Source of the DNA: an uncultured Acidobacteriota bacterium
Lineage (GTDB): Bacteria; Acidobacteriota; Thermoanaerobaculia; Gp7-AA8
Assembly (NCBI GenBank): GCA_963822445.1
Contig: CAWGHO010000002.1
Location: 512,001-576,000, forward strand
DNA: 64,000 bases
Reading direction: 5' to 3'
Shown here: positions 27,503 through 37,419 of the stretch, piece after piece
Position numbering within the stretch: position 1 is the first letter of the stretch
Layout of the letters: every line of letters begins with the position of its first letter
Position numbers and translations under genes: made by a program
The notes under the pieces: model-generated
Databases searched by the model: none
The model's input: only the letters and a program-made list of their open reading frames with translations
What the model was told of the DNA's origin: nothing

Positions 27503-28030
27503 TCAAGTCAACCGCCGGATATAAATGAAGCCCAGCACGGCCAGAACGGCGGCGGTCAGACACAGCCCGAGAAACGAAAGCGTGGGTACGAACGGCGCGC
27601 CGGCTTCTGCTACGAGGAAGTCCCCGCTCCACTGAACGATTCCATCTACGTACACTTCATATGTATAGATGCCCGCTGGGAGGTAGCCGACAAAAAGCGT
27701 CGCCGTCAGTTCCGGAGGAGTGATGGCGGAGCAAGGTGGCTCGACGTCGATCCGGATGTAGGAACCGGTTCGGGAAATGGTCGGGAACTGGCTGCATGGA
27801 GTTGCCGTCCTAACCACGATCGATACCGGCGTAAGCGTGGTTGGAGACGCGGGCTGAACTTCGACAAAGTTGATCTGAGCTGATGCCGATATGGCACTTA
27901 CCAAAAGCACCGCGACAAGGAAGGCACGGTTCAGTAGCTGCCGTCGGTAGAACTGGTGATGCTCGCCGCGATCTCGGCGAGCCGAAGGGAAATGGCAACT
28001 GAAGTCGGCCATCTGCGTACGGTGCATCAT
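27503..28030 (-). CDS. Secreted protein with an IPTL-CTERM anchor; start uncertain, possibly near 27935
   Basis: Signal-like RAFLVAVLLVSAISASAQ; C-terminus VPTLSFLGLCLTAAVLAVLGFIYIRR. Confidence 0.7.
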   Translation of the reverse strand: MMHRTQMADFSCHFPSARRDRGEHHQFYRRQLLNRAFLVAVLLVSAISASAQINFVEVQPASPTTLTPVSIVVRTATPCSQFPTISRTGSYIRIDVEPPCSAITPPELTATLFVGYLPAGIYTYEVYVDGIVQWSGDFLVAEAGAPFVPTLSFLGLCLTAAVLAVLGFIYIRRLT

Positions 28031-31000
28031 TCGACACCTCCGCGCAAATCGGTGATGTGCACGGCCTTGACGAGCGTCTCTCCCGGAATCAGATTCAGGT
28101 CGGTGAAGACACCCGCCGCGAGGCCCAGACTCAGCCGTGCTTCGTTGAGAGCGGAGCGGAGCTCGGTAACGTGCACTGCCTTCATTTGCGTAACATCCGA
28201 GACGACCGCGGGACCATCCGTCCACGAAAGAGGGGGTACCCCGCCGGCGGATCGCATCGCCAGAACGGCCTGCCTCAGTTCGTTGACATGTGAAGCCCTG
28301 ATCACGGACCCGATCGCCGCGAGATCACTGAAGATGACTGTCGTCGCAGGATCGATCACCCAGTCGGAGACCTGCGTTCCATTGCGGGCTCGAACGCGAT
28401 AAAGATAAGTCGTGCCTGCTGTTACCTCGCTGTCGATCGATGACGGTGTGGCGGGTTCCGCGATCGTCACGAATGCAGCATGGACACCGGCGCTCCGTTG
28501 GACTTCATAAGACGCGGCGCCAGCCGAGCTTGCCCAGCTCAATGAGACTTGAGATGTGGATGTCGCTGTCGCCGTGAGGCTGGCCGGCCTAGCCGGCGGC
28601 GCCTCGACACCGGCATAGGCATTCCACACGACGAGCGAGAACCTCTGGTCTTGCGCCGCCGAATCTACGCGCACTTCAAACGCCGTCCCGGCCGACGCGA
28701 AGAAGCGAGCCACCTCCACGTTGTTCTTGGAATCGGGCGTCCCCCCAACACAATCGGTATACAGAATGGATTGCTCGTCAGTCGTCAGAAGATTGCCTGT
28801 GTATCGACCCGTGCACGGTCCGCCCTGATTCAGCAGTACGCTGAGGTTGAGGTTGTTGACCAAGGGCGCTGCAGGCGCCGGGCTTGGCGTTTGACCCCAT
28901 CCGGACTGTGCTACACCCGGCGCATCGCTCCAGACCAACGCGATACGGACCGGCAGCAGGGGATCATGAATCGTGTAGCTGGCCGTCCAGGTGGAACCTG
29001 CCTCGAGCATGTGATCGTTCATGAACACACGGCTGGGGTAGTCGCTCAGAACATCTGTGAGGTTGATACGGCCGAATCCCTGCTGATTGTTCGGGAAAGC
29101 GGCGATTCCGGGCTCGAGCCCCTTGTCACGCCAGGTGAGTCGGACGGTATGGCCGGCCTGATGCTGAATTGTGCCGCCGTCGACGGGCCACGCGGGCTCT
29201 GTCGGATCGGCTGTCGCATTGAACGTTTGGGACACTTCCACTTCGTAATAACGACCGTTGGGGACGGTGGGTATGACACGAGATCCGACGCTATACGCAA
29301 CAGCGGGAAACCACCTCGTGAGGCTTCCCCTGTCTCGACCGCCGCGCATGCTCTTCGCGCCCGCAATCAGCATCGCCTTGACGAGCGACGGCTTGGCGGC
29401 GGCTGGATTGCTACTAAACCGGCGGCTGGCCAAGGCGGCCGACGCCACGCCAACCGGTGCGGAGAAACTGGTGCCAGTTCCGCCGGAATAAGGCAACGGC
29501 ACGGAAGCGTCCGCCGATGCGCAAAATGTCCCTGTGACCTGATCGTTCGATTTGACTGCAGCTATGTTCGACGAAACGGCGATGAGGTCCGGTTTGAACC
29601 AGCCTGGCGTGGCTGTGCCACGTTTCGCCTGGTAAGCGAGGTTGGCAAAATCATCCGCGCGCGCGTTGGCGCAGTTCCATGAATCGGGCCGTACGGCCTC
29701 TCCGCCGCCCATGGCGATCACGTTCTTGGCCGTCGCCGGGGGCAGGGTAAGGGTGCGGTCGATCCACAGGCAATGGCCATGAGCCGACTGCTGGTTGACG
29801 TTCCCCGAAGATACGGTGAGAGTAATCGGTTGCTCGCCTGCAGTAACGTCGTCGGCGTCCACGACCGCCACATCGAAATCGCGCGAGAGCAACGAGTACC
29901 TGCCGTCGAAGAATCTTTCGCACTCGTGCTGGCTACCCGCGACAGGTGCGGTCCGGTACTGATTCATACTGAAGTTCTGCCAATAGGCGGATGTGGCCGT
30001 TTCGGAACGGGCGTTTCTGGTGACATCCCTCACCGGTGTTGCTGAGGGCTGACTTCCGAGCAAGAGGGTGTTGATCTTAGTCACCACGATTCCGGCGGAT
30101 GGCGCAACTCCCATACCCCAGAGGAATCCGTCGGTGTCTTTCGGGCCTGTCGGCAACGGATCGCCGGCCGCGATGGCTGTCACGAGCGTGCCGTGACCGA
30201 TGGTGTCATGCTTCGACTGCGTCGTGTCGGGACACATCGTGAAACTAGTGCAATCGGTCCACGTCCGCCCAGCATCAAAAGCCTGCTTCTCGAAACTCTT
30301 GCCCCATACGACCCGGCTTTTCGCAAGTTCCGGTCGATGCAGGTCACTCGAGCCGGTCTCACCCGGCAGCGTGCCGCTGGCGACCCGGTCGCCCCCATCT
30401 AGACCCGTGTCGGCAATCCCTATGTAAAAGCCATCGCCGCGCAAGTCCATCCCTGAGGTCTGCAAGCTCGTCGACTCGCACGATGGGCATGTGTCGTTCA
30501 GCCACTTCTTGTACTTGCCGGCGACATTGGATCCAGCAGCGGGAACCAGATCCGTCACCGCTAGAGCGGTGCGCTCATCGGAGAGCGCTATCAGGGGTCG
30601 CTCGTCGAGCATGAATACCAGTGGCTCGGCGCGGATTGTTTCCAGATCGGCCGTTCGAAAAACGCCCTGTACACGCACCTCACTATCCGACCACGGCGCC
30701 CACGCGATCGGTCCTACCGCCAGATTCTCGAGGGCTTGTATTGCCAGGTCGGTCTCTTCCGTCCTCGCCACCTCGATCCACAACTCGACCGTTTCTTCGG
30801 AGCGCGGACCTATCGAGGGTTTCAGGAATCGGTGCATCTGCGATGTCCATTGGACGAACGGCAATGCTGCGATTGTTCGGATCGCGGATTCGCGGGCTCC
30901 GATGATGTAGGCGTTCATCGGCACGTGCTGAACCGGCACGACGCCCGCCGCGCGAACCGTGTCGAGCCATCCTGCCTTGATCGGGCCGATGAACTGAATC

Positions 31001-31440
31001 ACCCACGTGCCTCGTTCATCGTTCGGATACGGCGGATCCTCCGCGTGACCGGGCGGAACCGTGGATTCGGGAAAACGTGCGTCGAGTACGTGTCCATTCA
31101 GAAAGATCTTGTCGAAGTCGTCATGGACGCTCGCTCGAACTGAATGACGACGGCCTCGCTCCACGATCTTGTCCTTGTCATTGTCATGGACTTCTACGAG
31201 TGTGATCCCGTCGTACTCCTCGAGCACCTGACCGTTCAGCCCATCCAACACCTTCGGAAGTACGAAACCTGGAGGCGCTGTTGCATTCGGATGTAAGGTC
31301 CAAGGGACTCTGTCGATCGTCGCTTTGACGAACTGGGACTTTGCCTCGCGAGCGATTAGAGGCGTCGTCATCGCGAACGTGACGAGCACAAAGAGGATGC
31401 ACCTTCTCCCACGACTTCGCACTTCGAACGATTCACTCAC
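28027..31440 (-). CDS. Secreted S8 subtilase with a C-terminal FN3 domain
   Basis: IADTGLD, GHGTLV, SSGN, PATAKNVI, KPDLIA and GTSFSAP. FN3 motif PASLTATATSTSQVSLSW...TTYLYRVRA. Confidence 0.9.
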   Translation of the reverse strand: MSESFEVRSRGRRCILFVLVTFAMTTPLIAREAKSQFVKATIDRVPWTLHPNATAPPGFVLPKVLDGLNGQVLEEYDGITLVEVHDNDKDKIVERGRRHSVRASVHDDFDKIFLNGHVLDARFPESTVPPGHAEDPPYPNDERGTWVIQFIGPIKAGWLDTVRAAGVVPVQHVPMNAYIIGARESAIRTIAALPFVQWTSQMHRFLKPSIGPRSEETVELWIEVARTEETDLAIQALENLAVGPIAWAPWSDSEVRVQGVFRTADLETIRAEPLVFMLDERPLIALSDERTALAVTDLVPAAGSNVAGKYKKWLNDTCPSCESTSLQTSGMDLRGDGFYIGIADTGLDGGDRVASGTLPGETGSSDLHRPELAKSRVVWGKSFEKQAFDAGRTWTDCTSFTMCPDTTQSKHDTIGHGTLVTAIAAGDPLPTGPKDTDGFLWGMGVAPSAGIVVTKINTLLLGSQPSATPVRDVTRNARSETATSAYWQNFSMNQYRTAPVAGSQHECERFFDGRYSLLSRDFDVAVVDADDVTAGEQPITLTVSSGNVNQQSAHGHCLWIDRTLTLPPATAKNVIAMGGGEAVRPDSWNCANARADDFANLAYQAKRGTATPGWFKPDLIAVSSNIAAVKSNDQVTGTFCASADASVPLPYSGGTGTSFSAPVGVASAALASRRFSSNPAAAKPSLVKAMLIAGAKSMRGGRDRGSLTRWFPAVAYSVGSRVIPTVPNGRYYEVEVSQTFNATADPTEPAWPVDGGTIQHQAGHTVRLTWRDKGLEPGIAAFPNNQQGFGRINLTDVLSDYPSRVFMNDHMLEAGSTWTASYTIHDPLLPVRIALVWSDAPGVAQSGWGQTPSPAPAAPLVNNLNLSVLLNQGGPCTGRYTGNLLTTDEQSILYTDCVGGTPDSKNNVEVARFFASAGTAFEVRVDSAAQDQRFSLVVWNAYAGVEAPPARPASLTATATSTSQVSLSWASSAGAASYEVQRSAGVHAAFVTIAEPATPSSIDSEVTAGTTYLYRVRARNGTQVSDWVIDPATTVIFSDLAAIGSVIRASHVNELRQAVLAMRSAGGVPPLSWTDGPAVVSDVTQMKAVHVTELRSALNEARLSLGLAAGVFTDLNLIPGETLVKAVHITDLRGGVE

Positions 31441-31622
31441 AGTTTGCGGACCTCTCAGTACAAGGAGTGTAGCCGACGACGAAGATCCCTACCCGGAATC
31501 GACGGTTGCGCTGCGCCGTTTGTGACGCGTCGCGGCCACAGTGAGCGTCGGCTCGACACTGCGATTCTCGCGTAGGTGAGAATTGCGTCGGGTGTACTGA
31601 TCCCGCTCTGTCGCCCCCGTGA

Positions 31623-33710
31623 TTACGGCTTCTTCTGTTCGGCGAACGTCATCACGGCCACGTTCTCGCCCGGGGTTGCGGCGATCCTCACCGACGGAGC
31701 CCGACCGGTGCCTGCCGACAGAGCACGGAGCTCGGCCTTCGATGCCACCGGCCAGAACTCGTACAGTCCGAGCGGCATGTGCCCGAACACGATGCGGCCG
31801 TCGGCATCGGACCAGACCCGCGCTCCCTGAGACTTTCCCAGCTCATCGAGAACTTCCAAGGGAAGGAGACGGCCGTTGTAGCGCACGACGATCGACAGGT
31901 TCGGAATCGGCTGGCGGGACTCGGATTCCATGCGCACGACCAGACGGCTCACGCCCTCGCCAATTCGAAGAGAGGCCTCCTTCGTCCCACCCCGCACCTG
32001 AAGAAAGCCGAGAGAACCGTCTCGCGGTACGACAAAAACGTCGCGGATCTCATCCTCCGGCAACGTCAACCGGGCGATGCCGGATGGGTCGGTGACCGAG
32101 ATTCCGACGCGCTCAAGGCCGCGGAAATCGAGGACTCTGGCACCGGACACGGGGACACCCCTGCTGTCGCGAACGGTGAGCGTAACCGGGGACGCGGTGT
32201 CCAGGCGAATGACGATGGACCGGCTTTGTTCCGGCTCCAGGAATGAGTACTTCACCTCCGCAGGGGCGTAGCCGACGGCGGCAGCCTTGAGAACATGCTG
32301 ACCGTAAGCGGGTCCGGCCAACCGAAAGGTGCCGTCCGCGGCCGCTGTCACCCGGACCGTCATGTGGTACCGCTCGTCACTCCGCATGGAGAGATTCACC
32401 CCCGCTCCGCCGATCGGCGCGCCCGTTTGGGCGTCCACGACGCGTCCAGTGATCTCGCGTGTGGGAAGGTTGATGATCCACTCCGCCTCTTCGCCGTCTT
32501 CGATCGTTCTCCGCTCGCGGAAGGCGACGATTCCAGGCGCGTGCACTGTCGAGTTCATCCTTCCGCCCTGCCATAGCTCGACCGCAGCCTCACCGTCCTC
32601 GCCGGTCACCACCACTGCTTTCCAATGGACGTCCCGGCTCTGGACCTCTACATACGCTTTCGGGAACGGCTCGCCCTCTCGGATCGTTCGCACGCGCAAT
32701 GGAAAAGGCGAGATCCGAAGCGGAAGTCTGACTGTCTCTCCGGCTTGCACTGCTACAGGCTCGCCAAGCCGCTCCCACTCCTTGTCGCCCTTAACGAGGA
32801 CGACGTAATCACCTGGCTCGATGCGCTCGAGCGTGAGGACCGTGCTCGCTTCCGCTTTCGGTACGGCCAACTTCCTGACCGTGCCGCCGAGAGAACGTCC
32901 GTCATTCCGAAGGCGCTGCAATTCGATTTCAATCGCGTCCCCCGGCGTGTCCTGTTGCAGTTCAACGACGACGGTTCCCCCGCGGCTGAGATAGATCTGG
33001 TCGAACGACGCGTTGACGCGCGCGGGCGGGACGTCGACGGTCGTGTCCGCATATCCGCCGGCATTCAAGGAGATCGTCTTCGGCCATTTGTCGGGATCAG
33101 CCTCGAGGGCAAAGCGACCCTCGGCATCGGACACGGTCTCCGTCTCGACGTCGGTGCTGATCAGCACACCGCCGACGCCGCGGCCGGTGCCGCGATCGAT
33201 GACCGTGCCGCTCAGTAACGGCAACGGTTTCAGATCGACTGCCAGCGTTGCGCGCGCATCAGCCACGGCCACGCTCGTACGGAAGGACGCGAAGTGCGGC
33301 GCGTCGACGAGGACCTTCCACGTTCCGCGTTGCACGTTGAAAACGATCGGGGCTGCCAGTCTGGGCGCCGAAAAGCGGACCGTCCACGAACGTTCCTTCT
33401 CGTCGGAGATCACGATTCGCACGTCGGAGCGCGGGTGCAACTTACGGGCGTTGATGCGCATCTCCAGCTCGCCGCCGCGCGCACACGAGATCGTTCGTTC
33501 GCCGGAACCGCGAATGCCCACGAACACCTCACCGCTTCGCGTGGTCAATGTGTACGGGGTGTCAGCGGCCTCCGGCGCCAGATCCTGCCCGCAGATGTAC
33601 TCGCGGCACTCTTTTCCCGCGACGCAGAGGGTGCCGGCGACCGGCTTCGCTGCGCGGGAAGCACCGGCGGTGAGGAAAATCCAAGCGACGAGAAGAGCCC
33701 AACGTTTCAC
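31623..33710 (-). CDS. Secreted protein with multiple carboxypeptidase-regulatory-like beta-sandwich domains
   Basis: GTG start overlaps the upstream stop; signal peptide; repeated LSGTVID / ITGRVVDAQTGAPIGGAGV and SDAEGRF / AADGTF motifs. Confidence 0.8.
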   Translation of the reverse strand: MKRWALLVAWIFLTAGASRAAKPVAGTLCVAGKECREYICGQDLAPEAADTPYTLTTRSGEVFVGIRGSGERTISCARGGELEMRINARKLHPRSDVRIVISDEKERSWTVRFSAPRLAAPIVFNVQRGTWKVLVDAPHFASFRTSVAVADARATLAVDLKPLPLLSGTVIDRGTGRGVGGVLISTDVETETVSDAEGRFALEADPDKWPKTISLNAGGYADTTVDVPPARVNASFDQIYLSRGGTVVVELQQDTPGDAIEIELQRLRNDGRSLGGTVRKLAVPKAEASTVLTLERIEPGDYVVLVKGDKEWERLGEPVAVQAGETVRLPLRISPFPLRVRTIREGEPFPKAYVEVQSRDVHWKAVVVTGEDGEAAVELWQGGRMNSTVHAPGIVAFRERRTIEDGEEAEWIINLPTREITGRVVDAQTGAPIGGAGVNLSMRSDERYHMTVRVTAAADGTFRLAGPAYGQHVLKAAAVGYAPAEVKYSFLEPEQSRSIVIRLDTASPVTLTVRDSRGVPVSGARVLDFRGLERVGISVTDPSGIARLTLPEDEIRDVFVVPRDGSLGFLQVRGGTKEASLRIGEGVSRLVVRMESESRQPIPNLSIVVRYNGRLLPLEVLDELGKSQGARVWSDADGRIVFGHMPLGLYEFWPVASKAELRALSAGTGRAPSVRIAATPGENVAVMTFAEQKKP

Positions 33711-34078
33711 GTGGGTCTGCCGAGCCCCCGATTCGCCGCAGAAGAAGGCCGCGCGGCCTCGGGACGTTTCTGGTAGACCCGGACGCGCGTCAGGCGCCAC
33801 TGGTCCTCGAGCACCGGCGCGACGCGAACTTCGGGCTCCTGCTCGCATCCCCCGCCATACTCGAAACATCCGTAATCGTCGCCCGTGCATGTGTCGTTGC
33901 AGCCCGGGCACATCTGCTCGATGCCGCAATTGAAAAAACCGCAATAGGTTGGTGCACAGAAAGCGCACCACGTCAACGTTTGATAGTCGAAGTAATCCTC
34001 GCAGTCCGCGCAGGCCCGTGCGGGAGCGGCGTAGAGAGCGAACACCAGAAAGGCGGCGGCAAGCAGAGATTTACGCAT
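33707..34078 (-). CDS. Secreted Cys-rich small protein (11 Cys)
   Basis: GGGAGG RBS; signal peptide ending APARA, followed by CADC...WCAFC...; tail LEDQWRLTRVRV. Confidence 0.75.
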   Translation of the reverse strand: MRKSLLAAAFLVFALYAAPARACADCEDYFDYQTLTWCAFCAPTYCGFFNCGIEQMCPGCNDTCTGDDYGCFEYGGGCEQEPEVRVAPVLEDQWRLTRVRVYQKRPEAARPSSAANRGLGRPT

Positions 34079-34118
34079 GGTTCCTCCCGACTGACTTCTT
34101 TATGTTAGCAGCGCGTCC

Positions 34119-35375
34119 CTACGGCGTAGCCGAAAACTCGCCGGTCGCTTCGCCGAGCTCCTCGATCGCCTCGGGCTCCTCGCCTCTGACGACGCGCAGC
34201 AGCATTTCGGCGAGCACGCCCGCGGGATCGGCGGGAACGAGCGTGCGGATGCTCGTCGCGGCGGCGGCACCGATGGACCGCCATTCGTGACGGCGCTGCC
34301 ACGCGCGCTCCATCGCCTCATCCAGCAAGTCCTCGGTCGGCGCGGCGGCGAGGAAACCGGTCACGCCGTCGCGAACGATCTCGCCGCTGCCGGCCACGTC
34401 GGTCACGATGGGCACGCGTCCGCTGAGCATCGCTTCGACGAGAACGAGCGGCAGACCTTCGCAGCGCGAGGGGAGCACGAGTCCGTGATGGTCATTCCAG
34501 ACCGCACGGACGTCGCGGGTGAAACCGGCGAAGGTCACGCTGGTGACACCGAGGTAGCGGGCCATCTCCTCGAGACCCGTTCGCCGATCGCCGCGGCCGT
34601 AGAAGGTGACCGACAGAGCACGCGCGCGCCATTTGTCGCGGGCCAGCACGCGGATCAGGAGATCCTGCCCCTTTTCGGAGGGATAGAGACGGCCCACGCA
34701 GGCCAGGCGGAGACCCCCTGCGTCCGATGGCCAGTCATCCCGCGGTTTCCAGTCGACGAGGAACGGATTCCGGACGACGCTCGCGTTCGTGAGCCGGACA
34801 CCGATTTCTTCTTCCGTGAGACGGCGATTGTGCTCGGAAATGAAATACGTCCGCAGCGCCATGGGATAGAGCTCGCGCATGCGGTCGCGCAGCTCGTCGG
34901 CGGGCCAGTAAATCTCGCCGGCCTTCTGCGAAATGAGCACGAAAGGCTTCCGCAGCGAGCGGCAGACGCTCGCCAGCCTCAGACCGTCGAAGTTGCCTCC
35001 CTGGGAAACGATGACCAGATCGGGACGGGCCACGGCGATCGAATAAACCGCCTGCGCGAGGCTGTGCAGCGTGATGGCCGCGGTCGAGATGCTGGAGACC
35101 GCCATATGCACCCGGCGCGGCAGAAGAGGAAACCGGCCGATGTCCCGAATGCGGCAGCCGAGCGCTGCCAGCCGCCTGACCGAGGGGTTGGTGCGGTCGA
35201 TGTTCTGCTTGCAGACGGTGACGGCGTGGCCGGCCTCGGCCAGGCTGACGGCCACCGCGGCCCAGAGCTCTTCGCTCCCGCCCCAGGGCGATCGGTTACT
35301 GCTCAAGACGAGAAAGCGATAGCGCTTCGCGGAGGTGCCCTGGGCCGTGGTCTGTCGAATCACGCAAGGGTACAC
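34119..35375 (-). CDS. GT4 family glycosyltransferase
   Basis: WGGSEELW, VGRL...KGQD, and PSRCEGLPLVLVEAMLSGRVPIVTDVAG. Confidence 0.9.
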   Translation of the reverse strand: MYPCVIRQTTAQGTSAKRYRFLVLSSNRSPWGGSEELWAAVAVSLAEAGHAVTVCKQNIDRTNPSVRRLAALGCRIRDIGRFPLLPRRVHMAVSSISTAAITLHSLAQAVYSIAVARPDLVIVSQGGNFDGLRLASVCRSLRKPFVLISQKAGEIYWPADELRDRMRELYPMALRTYFISEHNRRLTEEEIGVRLTNASVVRNPFLVDWKPRDDWPSDAGGLRLACVGRLYPSEKGQDLLIRVLARDKWRARALSVTFYGRGDRRTGLEEMARYLGVTSVTFAGFTRDVRAVWNDHHGLVLPSRCEGLPLVLVEAMLSGRVPIVTDVAGSGEIVRDGVTGFLAAAPTEDLLDEAMERAWQRRHEWRSIGAAAATSIRTLVPADPAGVLAEMLLRVVRGEEPEAIEELGEATGEFSATP

Positions 35376-35387
35376 GGTTCTCTGATC

Positions 35388-36029
35388 TCACACGATCAGG
35401 CGCTTGCGCACCGCGTAGAGCACGATCTCCGCGGTGCTGTGCAGGTTGAGCTTCTGCATGAGATTCGCGCGGTGCGTCTCGACGGTCGACACGCCGACGT
35501 CGAGCAATGCCGCGACTTCCTTGTTCGCCCGCCCCTCGGCCAGCAGTTGCAGCACTTCCTTCTCCCGATCGGTCAGGAGGTCGTACGAGTCGGTGAGACC
35601 GCGATCCTGAAGCTGCCGGGTGTACTCCTCGGCCAGCACGCCGCTGACCGCGGGGCTGAAGAACGATTTCCCCGCCGCAACCGCGCGGATGGCCGGCAGC
35701 AGGTCCTCGTCCGTCGCATCCTTGAGCAGATAGCCGCGCGCGCCGGCATTGATCGAGCGGATCACGTACGACTCGTCGAGATGCATGCTCAGCATGATCG
35801 CTTGCGGCGGCGGCTGCATCTTCTGCACGCGCGCGGCGACGTCGATGCCGTTGAGTTTGGGCATGGCCACGTCGAGGATGAGCAGATCGGGATGATGCTC
35901 GTCGCACAACCGCAAGGCCTCCAGACCATCCGACGCTTCGGCCACGACCTCCACCGATGGCTCGGTCTCGAGGAGCGAGCGCATCCCCCGCCGCACGATG
36001 GAGTGATCGTCAGCCAGCAGCACGCGCAA
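35388..36029 (-). CDS. NarL/LuxR-family response regulator
   Basis: VLLADDH, LDVAMP, and LTDREKEVLQLLAEG...TVETHRANLMQKL. Confidence 0.95.
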   Translation of the reverse strand: MRVLLADDHSIVRRGMRSLLETEPSVEVVAEASDGLEALRLCDEHHPDLLILDVAMPKLNGIDVAARVQKMQPPPQAIMLSMHLDESYVIRSINAGARGYLLKDATDEDLLPAIRAVAAGKSFFSPAVSGVLAEEYTRQLQDRGLTDSYDLLTDREKEVLQLLAEGRANKEVAALLDVGVSTVETHRANLMQKLNLHSTAEIVLYAVRKRLIV

Positions 36030-37395
36030 GGTGCGCCTCCTGAATGGACATGGCGACGGGCAGGGTCACGTGGAGCTCCGTTCCGCGCGGCTGACGCGGG
36101 CCGATGTGAAATGCGCCGTGCAGTTCGCGCACGCGCTCTTCGATGCCGAGGAGGCCGACGCCGCGGGCGCGGGCCGGATCGATTCCAACGCCGTCGTCGG
36201 ACACGACGAGATCGAGCGTGTTCTGCTCGTAGCGCACGGTGATCTCGATCCGCTTCGCATGGGCGTGACGCGCGCAGTTCGTGAGCGCTTCCTGCACGAT
36301 GCGATAGACGCAGGTGCGGTGCTGATCGGGAAGGGTATCGATGTCACCGCTGACGGTCAGGTCGACGGCGATGTTGAAGCGGCGCCGGAAATCGCGAACG
36401 TGCCAGGCCAGCGCCGGCTGCAGGCCGAAGTCGTCGAGCATGCTCGGCCTCAGACCCATGGCCAGGTCGCGAACGGAGCGAAGGATGGTGTCGATCAGCC
36501 GCTTCGCTTCGCCGATCGAGCTCCTGACGTTGGTGTCGGAGCCGCGGGCACGATCGGCCTTGCCGATCTCCATCCGCAGCGCGGTGAGCATCTGCCCGAC
36601 GTGATCGTGCAGCTCGCGGGTGAGCTTCTTCCGCTCTTCCTCCTGCGCCGCGACGAGTTGCTGCGAGAGGAGCCGCATCTCCTGCTCGGCCTCTTCGGCA
36701 TGCACGCGCTGCAGCTCCGACCGGCGCTCGAGCGCGCGCAGGCGGAGGACGGCGACGACTGCGACGATAAATCCGAGGGCGAGGGTTCGCCAGAGACGGC
36801 GATGAAGATCGTCGCGGAACGACGTCAAACGCCGGGTGACCTCGGCGCGCTGCATGGAGAGGTTCGCGTTGTTGAGCTGCTCGATGTCGCGTGTGATCGC
36901 AAGGACGGCCTCGCGGCGCGGCAGCACTTCGCGGCGGAGGAACCGCGCGCTGCGCATGATCTTTTCGTAGATCGACCATTCGAAGAGCGGCTCGAAGGCC
37001 TGCCAGTACTCGTCGAGCCCCGTCTGCAGGTTGTCCATGCGCGGCGCGGCGGACGGCGGCAACAAAGCGCGAAGCTCATTCACCGTGACGGTGTGACTTT
37101 TCCGAAGCTCGGTCAGACGCTGGCGATACTCCGGCGCCTGCTCGCGGTCCGTGTCGAGCAGATAGTCGCGGATGTAGATGCCGGACAGATGAACGTCGGC
37201 GCGCAGACGCCGCAGTTTGTTGTCGACCTCGCGATGATGCGTATTCAGCTGATCGAGCTGCGCGTAAATCTCCTCGGCCTTGTGCGACGTCGCGACGACG
37301 GAGGTGTAGATCAGCAGCAGCAGTCCGGCGAGGGCCGCCGCGGCGACGGGCCAGGTCCGGAAGAAGCGTCGCTGCAGGCGGAGGAGAAATCGCAT
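36010..37395 (-). CDS. HisKA_3-type sensor histidine kinase
   Basis: Two TM segments; ERKKLTRELHDHVGQ, QEALTNCARHA, DDGVG and GLLGIEER. Confidence 0.9.
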   Translation of the reverse strand: MRFLLRLQRRFFRTWPVAAAALAGLLLLIYTSVVATSHKAEEIYAQLDQLNTHHREVDNKLRRLRADVHLSGIYIRDYLLDTDREQAPEYRQRLTELRKSHTVTVNELRALLPPSAAPRMDNLQTGLDEYWQAFEPLFEWSIYEKIMRSARFLRREVLPRREAVLAITRDIEQLNNANLSMQRAEVTRRLTSFRDDLHRRLWRTLALGFIVAVVAVLRLRALERRSELQRVHAEEAEQEMRLLSQQLVAAQEEERKKLTRELHDHVGQMLTALRMEIGKADRARGSDTNVRSSIGEAKRLIDTILRSVRDLAMGLRPSMLDDFGLQPALAWHVRDFRRRFNIAVDLTVSGDIDTLPDQHRTCVYRIVQEALTNCARHAHAKRIEITVRYEQNTLDLVVSDDGVGIDPARARGVGLLGIEERVRELHGAFHIGPRQPRGTELHVTLPVAMSIQEAHLARAAG

Positions 37396-37419
37396 CGTTC
37401 GATCTGACAACGCGAGGGG

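Noticed and set aside
33707-34078. RiPP precursor (ranthipeptide or lanthipeptide)
   Set aside because: It has a Sec-type signal peptide and no radical SAM, LanM or YcaO enzyme nearby.
4113-34100. Prophage
   Set aside because: Despite the recombinase, XRE genes and amidase, no terminase, capsid, portal, tail or replication genes are recognisable.
34287-36242. 651-aa plus-strand ORF, and similar long ORFs at 1977-3725, 44081-45724 and 55259-57181
   Set aside because: These are shadow or alternate-frame ORFs over well-supported genes, with Arg/Gly/Ala-rich non-protein-like composition.
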